From Paecilomyces variotii (Eukaryota), in NCBI GenBank assembly GCA_004022145.1, contig RCNU01000004.1: DNA of 64,000 bases. One strand, written 5' to 3'. The notes beneath the pieces are model-generated. The model was given only the letters and a program-made list of their open reading frames with translations. It searched no databases and was not told where the DNA came from. Positions within the stretch are counted from its first letter, which is position 1; the number at the start of each line of letters is the position of its first letter. The translations under genes and the position numbers were made by a program. Shown one piece after another: positions 38,454 through 50,947 of this stretch.

Positions 38454-39748
38454 AATAACTAAGCCCTAACTATCATCTAGGATCTGAATACAACTAGTTT
38501 TCTCGTCATTTTCATTGGACAAGGGTTGAGCAACCCGAGCGCTCCGAGGGTTCGACACATGCAGTAGCAGTATGTATCCTGTATCTATGTCGAACTTGAG
38601 CTCTTTCTTGTTATACAATCATTATACCGCTTAGAAAGAGCTTAGAAACACAGTACAACTGCATTATTTACATAGATCGTAGCCATCGGATCCACCCTTC
38701 CGCGTCCGGAACCATCCTGATCAGAAAAGGACGCCGCCGATGGAATGCGTCGAAAGAGAAAGCCGAGTTCAGAGTATGATTTTGTAGACCATTAACAAGC
38801 AATATGAGGTTTATCTCCGCACCTCCCACGCAGCCCCTGTAGCGCACCTGCTGGATCGAGTATGGCTTACTGCACCGTGGGGTTATTAGATAGTCAGATA
38901 GAACTCCTGGTTATTTCCATAGTGCTCCCGAGATTTGATTATTGGGTGGTGTGCAAACCATCTTAGTGACACTCAGTCCGTCACATCAAAGATGGCTGTA
39001 TTCGAAAGACTTTCACCGACCAGAGAATACAGGCAGGAGCCGAAGCTCTGTGTTAGCTCCACAAGACATCAGATCCTCGTCTTGGTCATCAGACATATCA
39101 CGTATTGCATAAAACCGGGTCCTATCGAAGGCGCTATCATGAGGAGGTCGACTTGTGATGGCCGTTGGGAAACGCCCAGGATCACCTTATGCATGAGACA
39201 TTGACACTGACAGTCTGCAATGTGCTATAAAAGGATAGACTAGCCTTGAACTAAGCACCCAGTGAGGCTTGATTCGACATCATCCAATAATTTAGCAGTC
39301 ATCTATGCGCTAGTTCGTACATGTGCCGCGTTCCCGATGTGCTCACGAATCGGTTCTGCTTTTCTAGCTGTGAGGGGGAAAGCAAGTAGTGACTAGGCGC
39401 ATTGGCTTTGTCTCCATAAACTGTCGTTAAACAAGAGTATTTCAAATCCAGCTAAAAGTCCGGATACTCAGAGTATCATGGCGATCATTTTCATGCGGAT
39501 AGGCCCCGTTTCCCCGCATTTCAATCCAAAGCAATTGTCAATGCATCGGAATAATATACTGACACGCAATCGAGATACGCCGATTGGACAAGCATGTAAC
39601 AGCATTATAGTACAAAAAACTGTCCATCGGACAGAAGTACGACGTAAGGATTGATTATAAATTGCCAGAAGAATACCGGATCTCAAATCGATCTATGACA
39701 TCTCTCAATAATCCCATCGTCAATAGAACCCGCAATACTAGTTCAACA

Positions 39749-41557
39749 ATGGGTCAATTCTATTCAAGCCAAACAAGGAACAATGTCGACGAGACAAAGT
39801 CCCCTAAGTGGGTTCCAGTTCTTGATCAGCCAGTCCATACTCCTCGCAAGATCCGGGTTGTATGCGTCGGAGCCGGAGTTTCTGGCCTCATTCTTGCACA
39901 CAAGTATAAATATGAACTGAAGATGGACGAGTATGTTGATTTCACGATATACGAGAAGAATCAAGATGTTGGAGGTACTTGGTTTGAGAATCGATACCCC
40001 GGTGTCGCGTGCGATGTACGTAAGGCTTCAATTGCGTTCCTCAGAGAGCAAAAAGATAAGCTTACATTCAATAGGTTCCCGCCCATATATATGTGTTTCC
40101 GTTTGAACCCAACCCAGATTATAGCTCATTCTATGCTGCCGGTCCAGAGATTTGGGAGTACATCAAACGCACCACGACCAAGTATCACCTTGACGAACAC
40201 GTGCAGTTCAATTCTAAAGTCATATCCACGGTATGGGATGAGGGTGCAGGCAGCTGGAAGATCAAGGTTCAGCGCCAGGATGGCACAATCATTGAAGATA
40301 GTGCAGACGTCCTGGTAAACGCTTCAGGCATCCTGAACAAATGGCGTTGGCCGGATATTAAGGGTCTTCATTCCTTTCGGGGAAAGCTCCTTCATAGTGC
40401 TTCCTGGGATTCTTCCCTCGACTGGACTGGAAAACGAGTTGCTATTATCGGGAACGGATCATCGGCCATTCAAATCTTGCCAAAGATGCAGTCTGACGCC
40501 AGTAGTATCGTCACATATATCCGCAGCCCAACTTGGATCACGGCAAACTATGCTTCCCAATTTGCGGGGGAAGATGGAAAAAACTTCTTTTATACAGAAG
40601 AGCAAAAGAAGAAACTACGCGAAAACCCCGAGGAGCTTTATGAACTACGACATAAGATCGAAACTGCGCTCAACCAGTTCTTCTGGGCTATGATTCAAGA
40701 TTCTCCACAGCAGGCTGCCTGTCTTGATGCCTTCCAGAGGCAGATGAAGGAAAGAATCGGTGACGACCAAGAGCTACAGGAGAAACTAATTCCGAAGTGG
40801 GCAGTAGGCTGTCGCCGTGTGACGCCGGGAGATGGCTATCTAGAGGCACTACGGGAACCTAATGTGACCATCGACAGCAGTGGAATACAGGAAATAACGC
40901 CTACTGGTATAATATCAAATTCAAGACAAGATGACTTTGATATTATCGTTTGTGCCACTGGATTCGACGTGAGCTTCTCTCCATTCTGGGAGGTCATCGG
41001 GAAAAACGGAATCAGCCTAGCCGAACAATGGAAGGAGGACCCAGAAGCATATTTCGGCATCTGCGCTCCTAATATGCCCAATTATTTCATCTTCCATGGA
41101 CCAAACTGCCCTATCGGTCACGGAAGCCTAATGTCGGTTATGGACTTTACTGCAGCATGGATCCTAAGGTGGTGTCAAAAGATTGCCACCGAAGGAATCA
41201 AGTAGGTCAAATGTTTTATCACGGTCACTGAGCAGGACTGAATGACTAATAATTTATAGATCTATTCAGGTGCGTGCAGATGCCACCGAGGAATACAACA
41301 TCTATACCCAGGAGTTCATGAAACGTACGGTGTGGACCGGTGGTTGCCGTTCTTGGTATAAGAATAATCAAATAGACGGAAAGGTCACAGCCATGTATGC
41401 GGGGAGCATTCTGCACTACAAGGAGATATTGGAGAGCTTCCGGACGGAGGACTTCATCTTTGAATACCGAAGCCGGAATCGTTTCCAGTTCATGGGGAAC
41501 GGCTTGACAGTAAGAGAAACCACCGGAGGAGATATGGCATATTATTTGCAGAAATGA
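39749..41557 (+). CDS. Flavin-dependent Baeyer-Villiger-type monooxygenase (StcW/MoxY-like)
   Basis: GAGVSG, GGTWFENRYPGVACD|VPAH, fingerprint FRGKLLHSASWD, GNGSSA, GCRRVTPG, CATGF; introns 40016-40074 and about 41202-41259. Confidence 0.92.
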
Positions 41558-41823
41558 GCTCTCGGTTCAGATGTCTTACTGCAGAATCAGATGCAGTATT
41601 TCGTACATGATGTCATGATAGATACTGGATCAAATGGGAGTTATATATGAGAGTACTTGCCTTGTGAACTCATTTTTAGGGGAAGTGAACAACGTGATCC
41701 TAGAAAGACCTGGAGGATACATATACCTTTCTGAAGGAATAACCCAGGATACTTGTAACGGTGGTACCAGCCAACTATTTGACTTGGAGACAAGAGACAG
41801 ACGCTTTACTCGCCTTTTCCTAA

Positions 41824-43275
41824 TTATGCCCTTGGGAAGTCTCCCACACCAAAGGGCAATCTCCACACTCGCATCTTCCCATCTTGGTCAATGCTTCCAA
41901 TCAATCCACTGCGATAGAACACCTTAATGGTACTATGCCAATATCCTGGACTCCAAGGTGAGTCCGGCTTCGGACCGAAGTATAGCTCTTGGTTGGTATC
42001 AAAATCGTAGATGAGCAATGAAGCATTGCCTGGATTAAAGGCGAGGACTTCCCTGCTCTCCTCCCGGTTGGCAGATTTGATATTGAGCCACCGAATATCA
42101 TTGATTTCCACAAAGCCGAGCCCGCTATTTTCCTTGTCGATTTGCCAGACTTGTTCGGTCTGTTTCGTATGAATGTTGAAAACCACCAGCTTTCCGTTTC
42201 GACCTCCAGCTGCCAGCAGCTTTGAGTCAGGACTCCAGTCAAGAGACCTCACCCACGCAGGAAACCCATTGATCTCGATAGCAGTAGCCTGCGGGTCATT
42301 GACTTCCCAGATGAATACTTTACGAGAACCAGTTCCCACAGCGATGAATCGACTGTCAGGGGAGAACGATGCACCCCAATTTTGGCCACCAGTGTGACCG
42401 TAACTCCGTAGGAGTGCGCCATTCTCAGCAGAATAGACTTTCAGTGTTTGGTCCCATGATGAGGATGCAATGTGTCTGCCATTGGGGGAATAACCAGCCC
42501 ATACGATAGCACCAGTGTGTCCCTCTAGACGGAGGAGATTCTTTCGAGAAGCCACGTCGTACACCATAACTTGTTCTTGACGGCCGGCACGTTCATCCGT
42601 CGTTACAGATTTATAGAGCAATCTGCACCCATCGGGACTGAAGACCACCGATCCAAATCCCGGAAAAGTAGCCTTAGAGATGAGTGCTTGCCGAGAAGCA
42701 TTGTGTAAACGCGCTGCCTCTTCGATGGTATTTCTGAAACGAGTCTCCAGAAGTGATACAGCTTCTTCAGATCGTGACCAATTGTCCGACGGGTCCAATG
42801 TCGATAACATTTCAAAGGCTCGATCCACAGCTCCCGCTGTGACGAGCTGGACATCTATGGACCTTTGCTTTTCGCGAGATCCACCGTTCGCGTTAAGGTA
42901 CCAGATGACAATAAGAGGTTCGCTCCGAACAGTCGATGAGGTATCTGAGACGAGCATATAGCCACCGTGACGTGATGAAAACCCTTCCGGTGCAAACTGA
43001 ATATAGCCAACCTCCGCTACAGGACCTCGCAGTATCTCAATGACTGTGAATGTCGCTACATCGTATATAAGAATGTCCTGCCCAACTCCGAGAGCTAGGA
43101 ATTTCTCATCATGGGTTAGAGAAGCGGAATTGATACGCTTGTCGAAGGCAAACGTTTTCAGTTCTTCCCCCCACTGCTTTGGATGACCGGAGCTGAAAGT
43201 CGCGGACTCGCCCTCTTTCTGGAAATTCGAGAGTAGCACAGGAGGTGAGAGTGCTCCTTGTATTTGCACGGGCAT
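41824..43275 (-). CDS. WD40-repeat protein (about 483 aa)
   Basis: Intronless ORF, first ATG 43275; repeats such as LEGHTGAIVWAGYSPNGRHIASSSWDQTLKVY, GHTGGQNWGASFSPDSRFIA and WVRSLDWSPDSKLLA. Confidence 0.88.
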   Translation of the reverse strand: MPVQIQGALSPPVLLSNFQKEGESATFSSGHPKQWGEELKTFAFDKRINSASLTHDEKFLALGVGQDILIYDVATFTVIEILRGPVAEVGYIQFAPEGFSSRHGGYMLVSDTSSTVRSEPLIVIWYLNANGGSREKQRSIDVQLVTAGAVDRAFEMLSTLDPSDNWSRSEEAVSLLETRFRNTIEEAARLHNASRQALISKATFPGFGSVVFSPDGCRLLYKSVTTDERAGRQEQVMVYDVASRKNLLRLEGHTGAIVWAGYSPNGRHIASSSWDQTLKVYSAENGALLRSYGHTGGQNWGASFSPDSRFIAVGTGSRKVFIWEVNDPQATAIEINGFPAWVRSLDWSPDSKLLAAGGRNGKLVVFNIHTKQTEQVWQIDKENSGLGFVEINDIRWLNIKSANREESREVLAFNPGNASLLIYDFDTNQELYFGPKPDSPWSPGYWHSTIKVFYRSGLIGSIDQDGKMRVWRLPFGVGDFPRA

Positions 43276-44023
43276 GGCGACTGGGCTAGGAGATCTGGCT
43301 ATGGCGGGTATGCCCACAGACGAGCTCTGAAGACCCGTCAATCGGTGCGAAAGATGATCTTATAAGGTTTCCTCTTGAATTGAAGAACGCTCATTTCTAC
43401 CCTGGCTGATCTGCGCTAAAAGCATGTCACTCCAGCTCAGCTTGCTTGCCAATCAACGTATATTTTGCAGTCCGCCCGCCCACTATTCTCTGGTTAAATG
43501 CTATTGGAATGCCGGAGTATCGTTGCAAGGAACATTAAGTGGACCAGCAGGACCAAAGATCTACCGTTTTCGAGGTATGTCATATACATCCCGGGAGAAG
43601 TCAAGATTCATGCGGTCAGCCCCACGACCAACTTGGTCCCTGTTGCCTGCAGCCGTGAGATTGAGTAATATATTTCAATGATCAGTCACCACGTGTGTAG
43701 ATTTAGCGGTCTCTACCAACACCGCCTCGGATATTCAATACTGGACATAATTTTTACCATACACGGAATTTAAACAGCGAAGCTGAGTACCGGTGGCGTT
43801 GCATACAGGCAGATGATAGGGATCTCGCTTATGAACCGGGTCCTCTCCACCTTTGAGAGCGGGGAGCCGATGATCGCGGGATTTAGTGTATTCGAATGTG
43901 GATATTGAGTCATAGCAACATCTGTTAACTATTCTGTCCGGGAACGTCTGTCGTTAATCGAAAGACCCAGGCCATTAAAAGGAAGAAAAGGGGAAAAAAG
44001 AAAACGCACTTGAAATATAAAAC

Positions 44024-44681
44024 ATGGAGCCTCGAGTCGGGGTAGGCGTGTTTGTCATCAACAGGGACGGAAAATTTGTTCTAGGGGTAAGGAAAGGCAG
44101 CACTGGTTCAGGTACGAACGACTATTCCAGGCCCATGGTTTGCCACTGCTGGATTTCTTACAATTCAAAATAGGGACGTGGGCTCTCCCCGGGGGACACC
44201 TTGAGTTTGGGGAGACATTCGAAGAATGTGCTGCTCGTGAGATCCTTGAAGAAACAGGGCTTGCTCTGAAAGACCTACAGTTTTTAACTGCAACGAACAA
44301 TGTAATGAAGGCGGAGAACAAGCATTATATCACGGTTTTTATGGGCGCTACTGTTGTTGGAGACAATCCGAAGCCACAGGTTAGTCACTTACATAACCTA
44401 ACTGTACATTCTGCGCCTCTATTAACAATGGCAACCACGATTTTCATGTAACTTAATTCATCTGCTTACATATTTTGTATTAGTTGCTGGAGCCAGAAAA
44501 GTGCGAAGGGTGGGAATGGGCATCGTGGGATGATATCTGCTCTATGCACGAAGCGGAAGCTCGGGCTGCGGACAGTCAGAACTACGAGGGAAAGCGGTTA
44601 TTTCTCCCTCTCACGAGTATCTTTCAACAGAGACCCGGGTTTAATCCTATACAGCAATACTTAACTAGGCAAGGGAATTGA
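44024..44681 (+). CDS. Nudix hydrolase (NUDT15/MutT-like)
   Basis: [11 protein letters not shown]...RKGS, Nudix box [41 protein letters not shown]; two introns. Confidence 0.93.
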
Positions 44682-44761
44682 CCCATTGACGAGTCTGCGA
44701 TTGAACTTATATCAAGGATAAGACACGCGATTGTCTTCCTATTTCGTTCTTCGTCATATCT

Positions 44762-44887
44762 TCTGGAGCGAAGCTCGCTGAGCTTGAATTCTCTAGCAAC
44801 TAGCTCAGCCTATTTATCTCTGTGGATGAAGCTAGAAAGGCGTGGAAGAAACCCGACAAGAGGACTGCCTGTAGCCAGGCTCCGACA
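44762..44887 (-). mobile_element. Mini solo-LTR-like element, copy 3 (126 bp), TSD TATCT
   Basis: Plus strand TCTGGAGCGAAGCTCGC...CTCCGACA; TATCT at 44757-44761 and 44888-44892. Confidence 0.88.
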
Positions 44888-45159
44888 TATCTCACTACTA
44901 CTTTGATAAACTCTTCCTTACGAGATTAGACCTTCCATATTCAGTTTTCTATACCTGTACATAGACTGTTTTCTGAGGAGAGGCTTTGTCTATTAATAGA
45001 TCCAAATAGATAATTACACGCCATACCTGTCCCGAAGCACGCCATATGCAGTGCATGTCCTTATTCTATCATGCAGTGATTAGTATATAGCTATAGCGTC
45101 GGCTCCAAGCGTCGTTCCGTATCACTGTAATATCTAGGAAATTTGTTAGCATTGCCACA

Positions 45160-46972
45160 ATGTCCACAGACAGCCGACCTCTCCGAATCGCAATCATCGG
45201 TGGTGGACCCGGTGGTCTTGGTGCTGCCATTGCTCTGTCTACGCTTCCAAATGTTGAGTTGACCCTCTATGAGCAGGCTCATGAGCTTCGGGAGATAGGA
45301 GCAGGAATTCGAATCGGGTACAATTGCTGGCGCGTTCTTGAGCTATTAGGTGTGGATGCAGACGTTAAAGGGCATTTGAAGTCAGAAGTCATTCACCGGT
45401 GAGATTGATACATCCTTGCTCGTATATTTATATACGGGATAAACAGATGATCCATACCAATAGCTGTCATGCAACCTATCGACACAGTTGAAATCTTGGT
45501 AATGTAACAAGTGATAACATCCATGACTAGAAACGGCCTGAGCGGGCAGCTCCTGAAACAAACGAGCCCATCTCCTCTGCTGCCGCTGAAGTACCACCCT
45601 CGCAGAGTAAGGAGAACGCGACTCCAGGGTGCACTACTCAAGCATGTCCCACGAGGCATTATTCATTTGAGTAAACGGCTGGTATCGCTGGAGAATCTCC
45701 AAAATGGCGTGCGCTTGCTCTTCGAAGATAAGACGTCCGCCACAGCCGACCTTGTAATTGGAGCTGACGGTATCAGATCTGTTAGTGAATCCCATGCCGA
45801 TGTTTTTAGATCTATCAAGAGCTGACATATCGTGTTGGATTAGGTGGTACGAGAGCATGCATTTCCAGATCATAAGATAAAGTTCACAGGTTTGTCGCAT
45901 ACTCGGTCCGACATCATGGCCTTCAAATGACCCTAAAAAATACCAGGAACTACAGTCTGGCGCGTTCTTATCCCTAAAAGTTCAATCTCCCACATCCCTG
46001 ACGTGAGTGAGTCAACATCCTGGTGGCATGGTCCCTCTGGCCATGCGTATTTTTCACCAGTCGATGACCCCTCAGAAACTGCTCCGGAGGACGAGAAGTT
46101 CGAGATATCAGTTAGATACGTGGTAGACCCAGAGATGGATAAGGAAAGGCGTTTTAGCTGGGGAATTCCAGCGACAAACGAACGGGTCGCGGCTCATTTC
46201 ACGGTATGTAGATGAGTCTGTTGCTATTCGCTTTCCTTTATGTAGCCATACCTACGTTCTACTGACAATATCTGGATACTATTGGACTAGAATTACGACA
46301 AGCGAGTTCGGGAAACTCTGGCGCAAGTTCCTCGGGGCGAGTGGAAGGAATTTGCTGCGTTTGCGGGACCTAGACTGAAGACACTCACGAAATGGGATAA
46401 GATTGTTCTAATTGGGGACGCAAGTCATCCACTGTCTGGTAAGTTCTATGATGATGTTACGATAGAACACAGTAAAGAACAACTGATCTCATAATGTTAC
46501 TCTTTTACAGGCGCCTTCGGTTCGGGGGCAGCTTTCGCTCTTGAAGACGGTTGGATCCTTGCCCGCACCCTGAAACACACGAATGCGACCTTGCAGCCTT
46601 CGCAGGAGTCACTTGGAGAAGCTTTATCGATCTTTGATGCGTTGAGGTCCCCTTATTATCTTCGAATGTGAGCATCTATACCCTTCAGTCGTATATACAT
46701 ATATATATTAGTACCCTTCTACGCGACAAAAGAACTACATGTTGACCTCTTGCCCTAGGTACGATCATCTGGACGGTCAAAAGCAAAAAGTGCAAGATGC
46801 GAAGGCCAAGTCAGATAGTTTTGAATACATTCTTCAAGCGAGAGTAGAATCCTTCGAAGCTGGTAAAGAAATGGACTGGATTTACGGAAATGATATCGAA
46901 CAAGTATGGAGAGAATGGTTGGACAATCAGAACTCGGATAAGAAAGGTAATAGGATTAGTCCTAGCCTTTAA
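45160..46972 (+). CDS. FAD-dependent monooxygenase (salicylate hydroxylase-like, group A)
   Basis: IAIIGGGPGGL, EIGAGI, VIGADGIRS, LIGDASHPLS|GAFGSGAAFALEDG; about six introns. Confidence 0.9.
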
Positions 46973-47411
46973 TGGCGCAACTAAACCTGCCATTCACTTA
47001 CGTCTTGAAAAAGAACATCGTTATCTAGAATGTCGTTGACGAGTTATTTGTAGAATGTTTCATTCTCGATTGAGGCATACAAACCAAGCTCCGAATAAGT
47101 AAATTGCAATTTGTGATTTACTCGTAATATTATATGCACCAGCAACCATATGTAGGCCGCCAGTTAGGAAAGCTAAAGCTTGCATTCCTCAATTTTGAAT
47201 AGCCAGTCCTTTAAGTGTCCTGTGGTAGAGAGGGAATATTTAAAGTACCTCAATGGTGTTTTTGCCCCCTTTAGGTGCAAAGTGACTCTATTATACAGGG
47301 AAAGTTAAGACCTCTAAAGAACAGTGAATGGAGAATAGATGTGCGGTCAAATACAGGGACTCAGCAGACCAGCCGCTGATTTGCTCCCATGGTAAGACCC
47401 GAAAGTAAAAT

Positions 47412-50400
47412 CTAGATACATTGAGCCGAACGTACGCCCTGAAACCCGGGTCTATTTGCCCGCATATCGTGCAGCACGTCTCTTGCCACGTCGATCGCCT
47501 CAACTGGCAAGCCCGCCAGGCTGGCAACCTTCAGGGCGTGGGATTCCCTGTTGACTCCTCTCCGCAACCGGTGAACAAACGAAAAGCTCCCGGAAGGTGT
47601 TTCTTTGATATCGGTGCAGTATGTCCCCAGCTTCTCGTAATCGCGCGTCATATCTGCTAGTGCATGGAAGTGAGTGGCGAACAGGGTTCGGCAGCGATTT
47701 ACATGATAGAGATGATGTAGGCAAGCAAAAGCAATAGCGGTGCCATCTTCAGGCGTGGTCCCTCGGCCTACCTCGTCCATAATGACAAAGGAACTAGGCG
47801 TCGCCTGTTTCAAGATTGCAGCGGTCTCCAACATCTCGACCATGAAGGTCGATTGGTCACGGAAAAGGTCATCTGCCGCACCGGTACGGCTGAATATCTG
47901 ATCAACAACTCCGATTTCTGCATACTCAGCAGGAACAAAGGATCCGACTTGCGCGAGAATAGTGATCAGCGCATTCTGTCGTAAAAAAGTGCTCTTGCCC
48001 GCCATATTGGGGCCAGTGATCAGCCAAATACGTTCTTCTTCTCCGAGAAAGCAGTCGTTGCTGACAAACCGGTGACCTTGCTCCTCAAGCCCAAGTTTGA
48101 CAGTCGGATGTCTCCCGCCGACAATCTTGTGGGCAGTGCCTCTGTTCAGAATCGGTCTCACCATCCGCTGTTCTTGCGCCAGAATAGCGAATGAGCACGC
48201 AACATCTAGTTCATCCATAACAGCAGCATTCCGGCGTATCTTGACAAGGTTTAATATTATGCCTCGTCGTAAGTCTTCAAAGATTCGCTGTTCTTCCTGG
48301 CGAATTTGTACCTTGGCCTGGTCTATCCTTGTTCCTAAGTCGGACCACACAGGTAGATAGAATGACCGCGTTGATTTGGTTGAAGAGACAGACCGCGTCA
48401 CGCCCAACTCTTCAAGTTCTGATTGGGAGATTTTCCCTCCCTTGATATGGCAAATATACCCAAGCCCGGGTGTCCATTTTAGCGAGAGAGTATTGGATCC
48501 AACTGCATCTCGGAGACGTTGCGTCAGCGCAGACTTTTCGTCCAAGAGGCTTTCGAGATTCCCATGCAATTTTCGAAGAGTTTCACTGGCATCACGGCGC
48601 ATGATCCAGGTATCATAATCCGCAGAGTCCGACTCCGGGGAAACTCCTGTCTTGCCGGTGTTCTTTGAACGGACCTTTCTGGGCATGGAATCGATCTCCT
48701 CGGGCAACCCTTCACTAATGATTACCTCCTGCGCTAATTGCACAGCGTCTGCAGCGGTGCTATCCTCAATGCGATGTTTCTGCATGAGACCTTCTTCATC
48801 GATTGCTTCAAGTATCTTGTCTGCGAGAGCCGTCGGCCCATCAAGATATAGACGATTGATCATGATGCCCAAGGAGGTGCTCAATTTAGTCGTCTTGTCT
48901 GCAGCTCCTTGGTTTGAATTGGCAGCCATTGTGTCTGACAAGACCCGTCTGATCTCCTGCGAGGCCTGAATTGCCCTAGCCAGACAAATGAGGTCATCCG
49001 GATCACCTCTACCGAGCGAGAACTTTTGGACAAGTCTTTGTGCATCATAACTACGCTTTAGCAATTGTACGACGTCGTCACGTAGAACTTCATCTTCGAC
49101 AAATTGTGCCACAAGGTCGAGGCGCTCATTGATTTCGTCAATTGATGAGGATGGCGAAGCTGTGTGGCTTGTTAGCTTTAACTGTGCCATAATCTGTACA
49201 GTGACAGTCAAGCAAAGACATACTCAACCTGTCTCTTAAAAGACGTGTCCCGCTCTTGGTGGAGGTCCGTCCTACTGCGTGGAGAAGACTGCCCTTTCCA
49301 AACCCGTCACGAGCAGTCTCCAAGATCTCGAGACCCCTGAGACTATTGCGATCGATGCTCATGGACCTGTCCAGATGTCTGCGACGAGGGGGCTGCAGCT
49401 TCATGTTAATGCCCTGCAACTGGTGGCGAACATACTCTAATAAAGAATAGCCGGCGGCAGTTTCCTCCGTTGTAAACAATGACTCCTCGCTGGAGGAGAC
49501 TGGTGCTTCTAGCATTGGACTCCATTCCGACATTGGGCTGATCTCTTTAGGACCCTTGAAGAACGTCAGAAGACGGTGGTCTTGACCAACCAGCAATTGT
49601 AGCTCCTGTCCCACTAGATCCCGAATTTCTTCGTCAACAACTATCTCGCGCGCCCCGATCCTAGCGATGGCTGAAGACAGCATTTGAGGGGTAGTGGGCT
49701 GGGTGAAGAAGTCACCGGTTGAGAGGTCTAACCAGGCAAGGCCTACACGCTGAGAGGAGGAGAGCAATAAATGTTGATTGGACGCGTCGCCTACTTCCGT
49801 CATACCAGCCTTTAACGAAGGGGCATCGATATGTATAGACAACAAAAAGTTATTCTCAGATGGATCCATGAATTTCTCGTCAATCAACGTCCCCGGTGTT
49901 ATGACCCTCGCGACCTTCCGTTGGAACATGAGGCCTCCTGACCGCGCTCTATCCTCTGCATCATTGGCGAACTCTTCACTGATGGCGACATATTTGTTCA
50001 GGTCTTGTACGAGGATCTTCAGGAAGCGGTCCAGTTGGAAGTAGGGAAAACCAGCCATCGCAACGGGACCTGCGCTGGTCTTTTTCGTTGCCAATTTCAG
50101 ATTCAACAAGGGCGCGAACTCTTCTGCTTGCTCGAGGTACAACTTCGAATATGTTAACCGCAGTAACTAAGGCTCCGCATCAATTCATTTTACCTCGTAG
50201 AAGTTGCCCACCCTTGTCAGAATAACACAGTTCTTGAATTTCAGCATATTATCCCTATGGCCCCGTACCACCATTGGGTACTGGGGACCGTCGTCAGCAC
50301 CATCATCGTATGCATCCAGCTTCAAGGCGCCCTGGGGCAGATCCTTGAGCTTCGTGGAAGTCTTTGTCTTGGCTCCTCGATGGAGCTCCCATTGAGCTCT

Positions 50401-50538
50401 GCGATATGGAGTCGGGCGACGCGCATTGTTACAGAGCGCGCGAAGCTGTGGTCTGCCATGAGCAACGGGCGGCTGTAAATTAGCACGTCCCAAACGGAGG
50501 GGAATCACTGCGCGTGTCTGCAAACTCTGGATGCGCAT
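47412..50538 (-). CDS. msh1: Mitochondrial MutS homolog Msh1
   Basis: Arg-rich presequence-like N-terminus, RVGNFYE|LY, MAGFP, RVITPGTL, Walker A GPNMAGKST, STFMVEM, MDEVGRGT, FATHFH; introns 50193-50143 and 49223-49160. Confidence 0.95.
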
Positions 50539-50947
50539 CCTTCAGCATCTTGCGTGGTTGTTGTGGTTGAACCAAGTTCTTCTTCTCCTTGGGGCTCGTG
50601 GCGGGCAGAACCAAAGCTCCCTCGCCAAACCTTCCCGCCTTCGCCACATCTCCATCTCCGAACACCGCAGAGCTTTCAGAGATTCCAACTCCAACTCCTG
50701 CTGCCAGCAAGTCATCCTACAACTCGCAGCCCTTGCACGACTGGCTGTTTTTGACCTGTTTCTCGGGAGGATGAGTCAGGTCTGTTGAAATCCTGAGGAT
50801 AACATTACTACTTCGTTCTTCGTGTCACAGGGTGTCGACGCGCCTGTTGATGCAGAGCTCGATCTGAGCTGGTGACGGTCTTCATATCGATCGCCACGAC
50901 GCTCGACGAACAACCCGCCCAGACAGAAATTGGTGCAGTCAGTCAAG

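Noticed and set aside
38516..38558. tRNA/SINE-like remnant with a GGTTCGACAC B-box
   Set aside because: No cloverleaf, poor A box, no tail or TSD.
41824..43341. HET-E/NACHT-WD NLR immune receptor
   Set aside because: No P-loop/NACHT or HET domain and no near-identical WD repeats.
38324..44887. Copies 2 and 3 as the paired LTRs of one cargo-carrying retroelement
   Set aside because: Each copy has its own complete TSD (AATAA versus TATCT), the outer flanks do not match, and the interior holds intron-containing host genes with no gag/pol.
39749..46972. Secondary-metabolite gene cluster
   Set aside because: No backbone enzyme, transporter or pathway transcription factor; only two flavin monooxygenases among unrelated genes.
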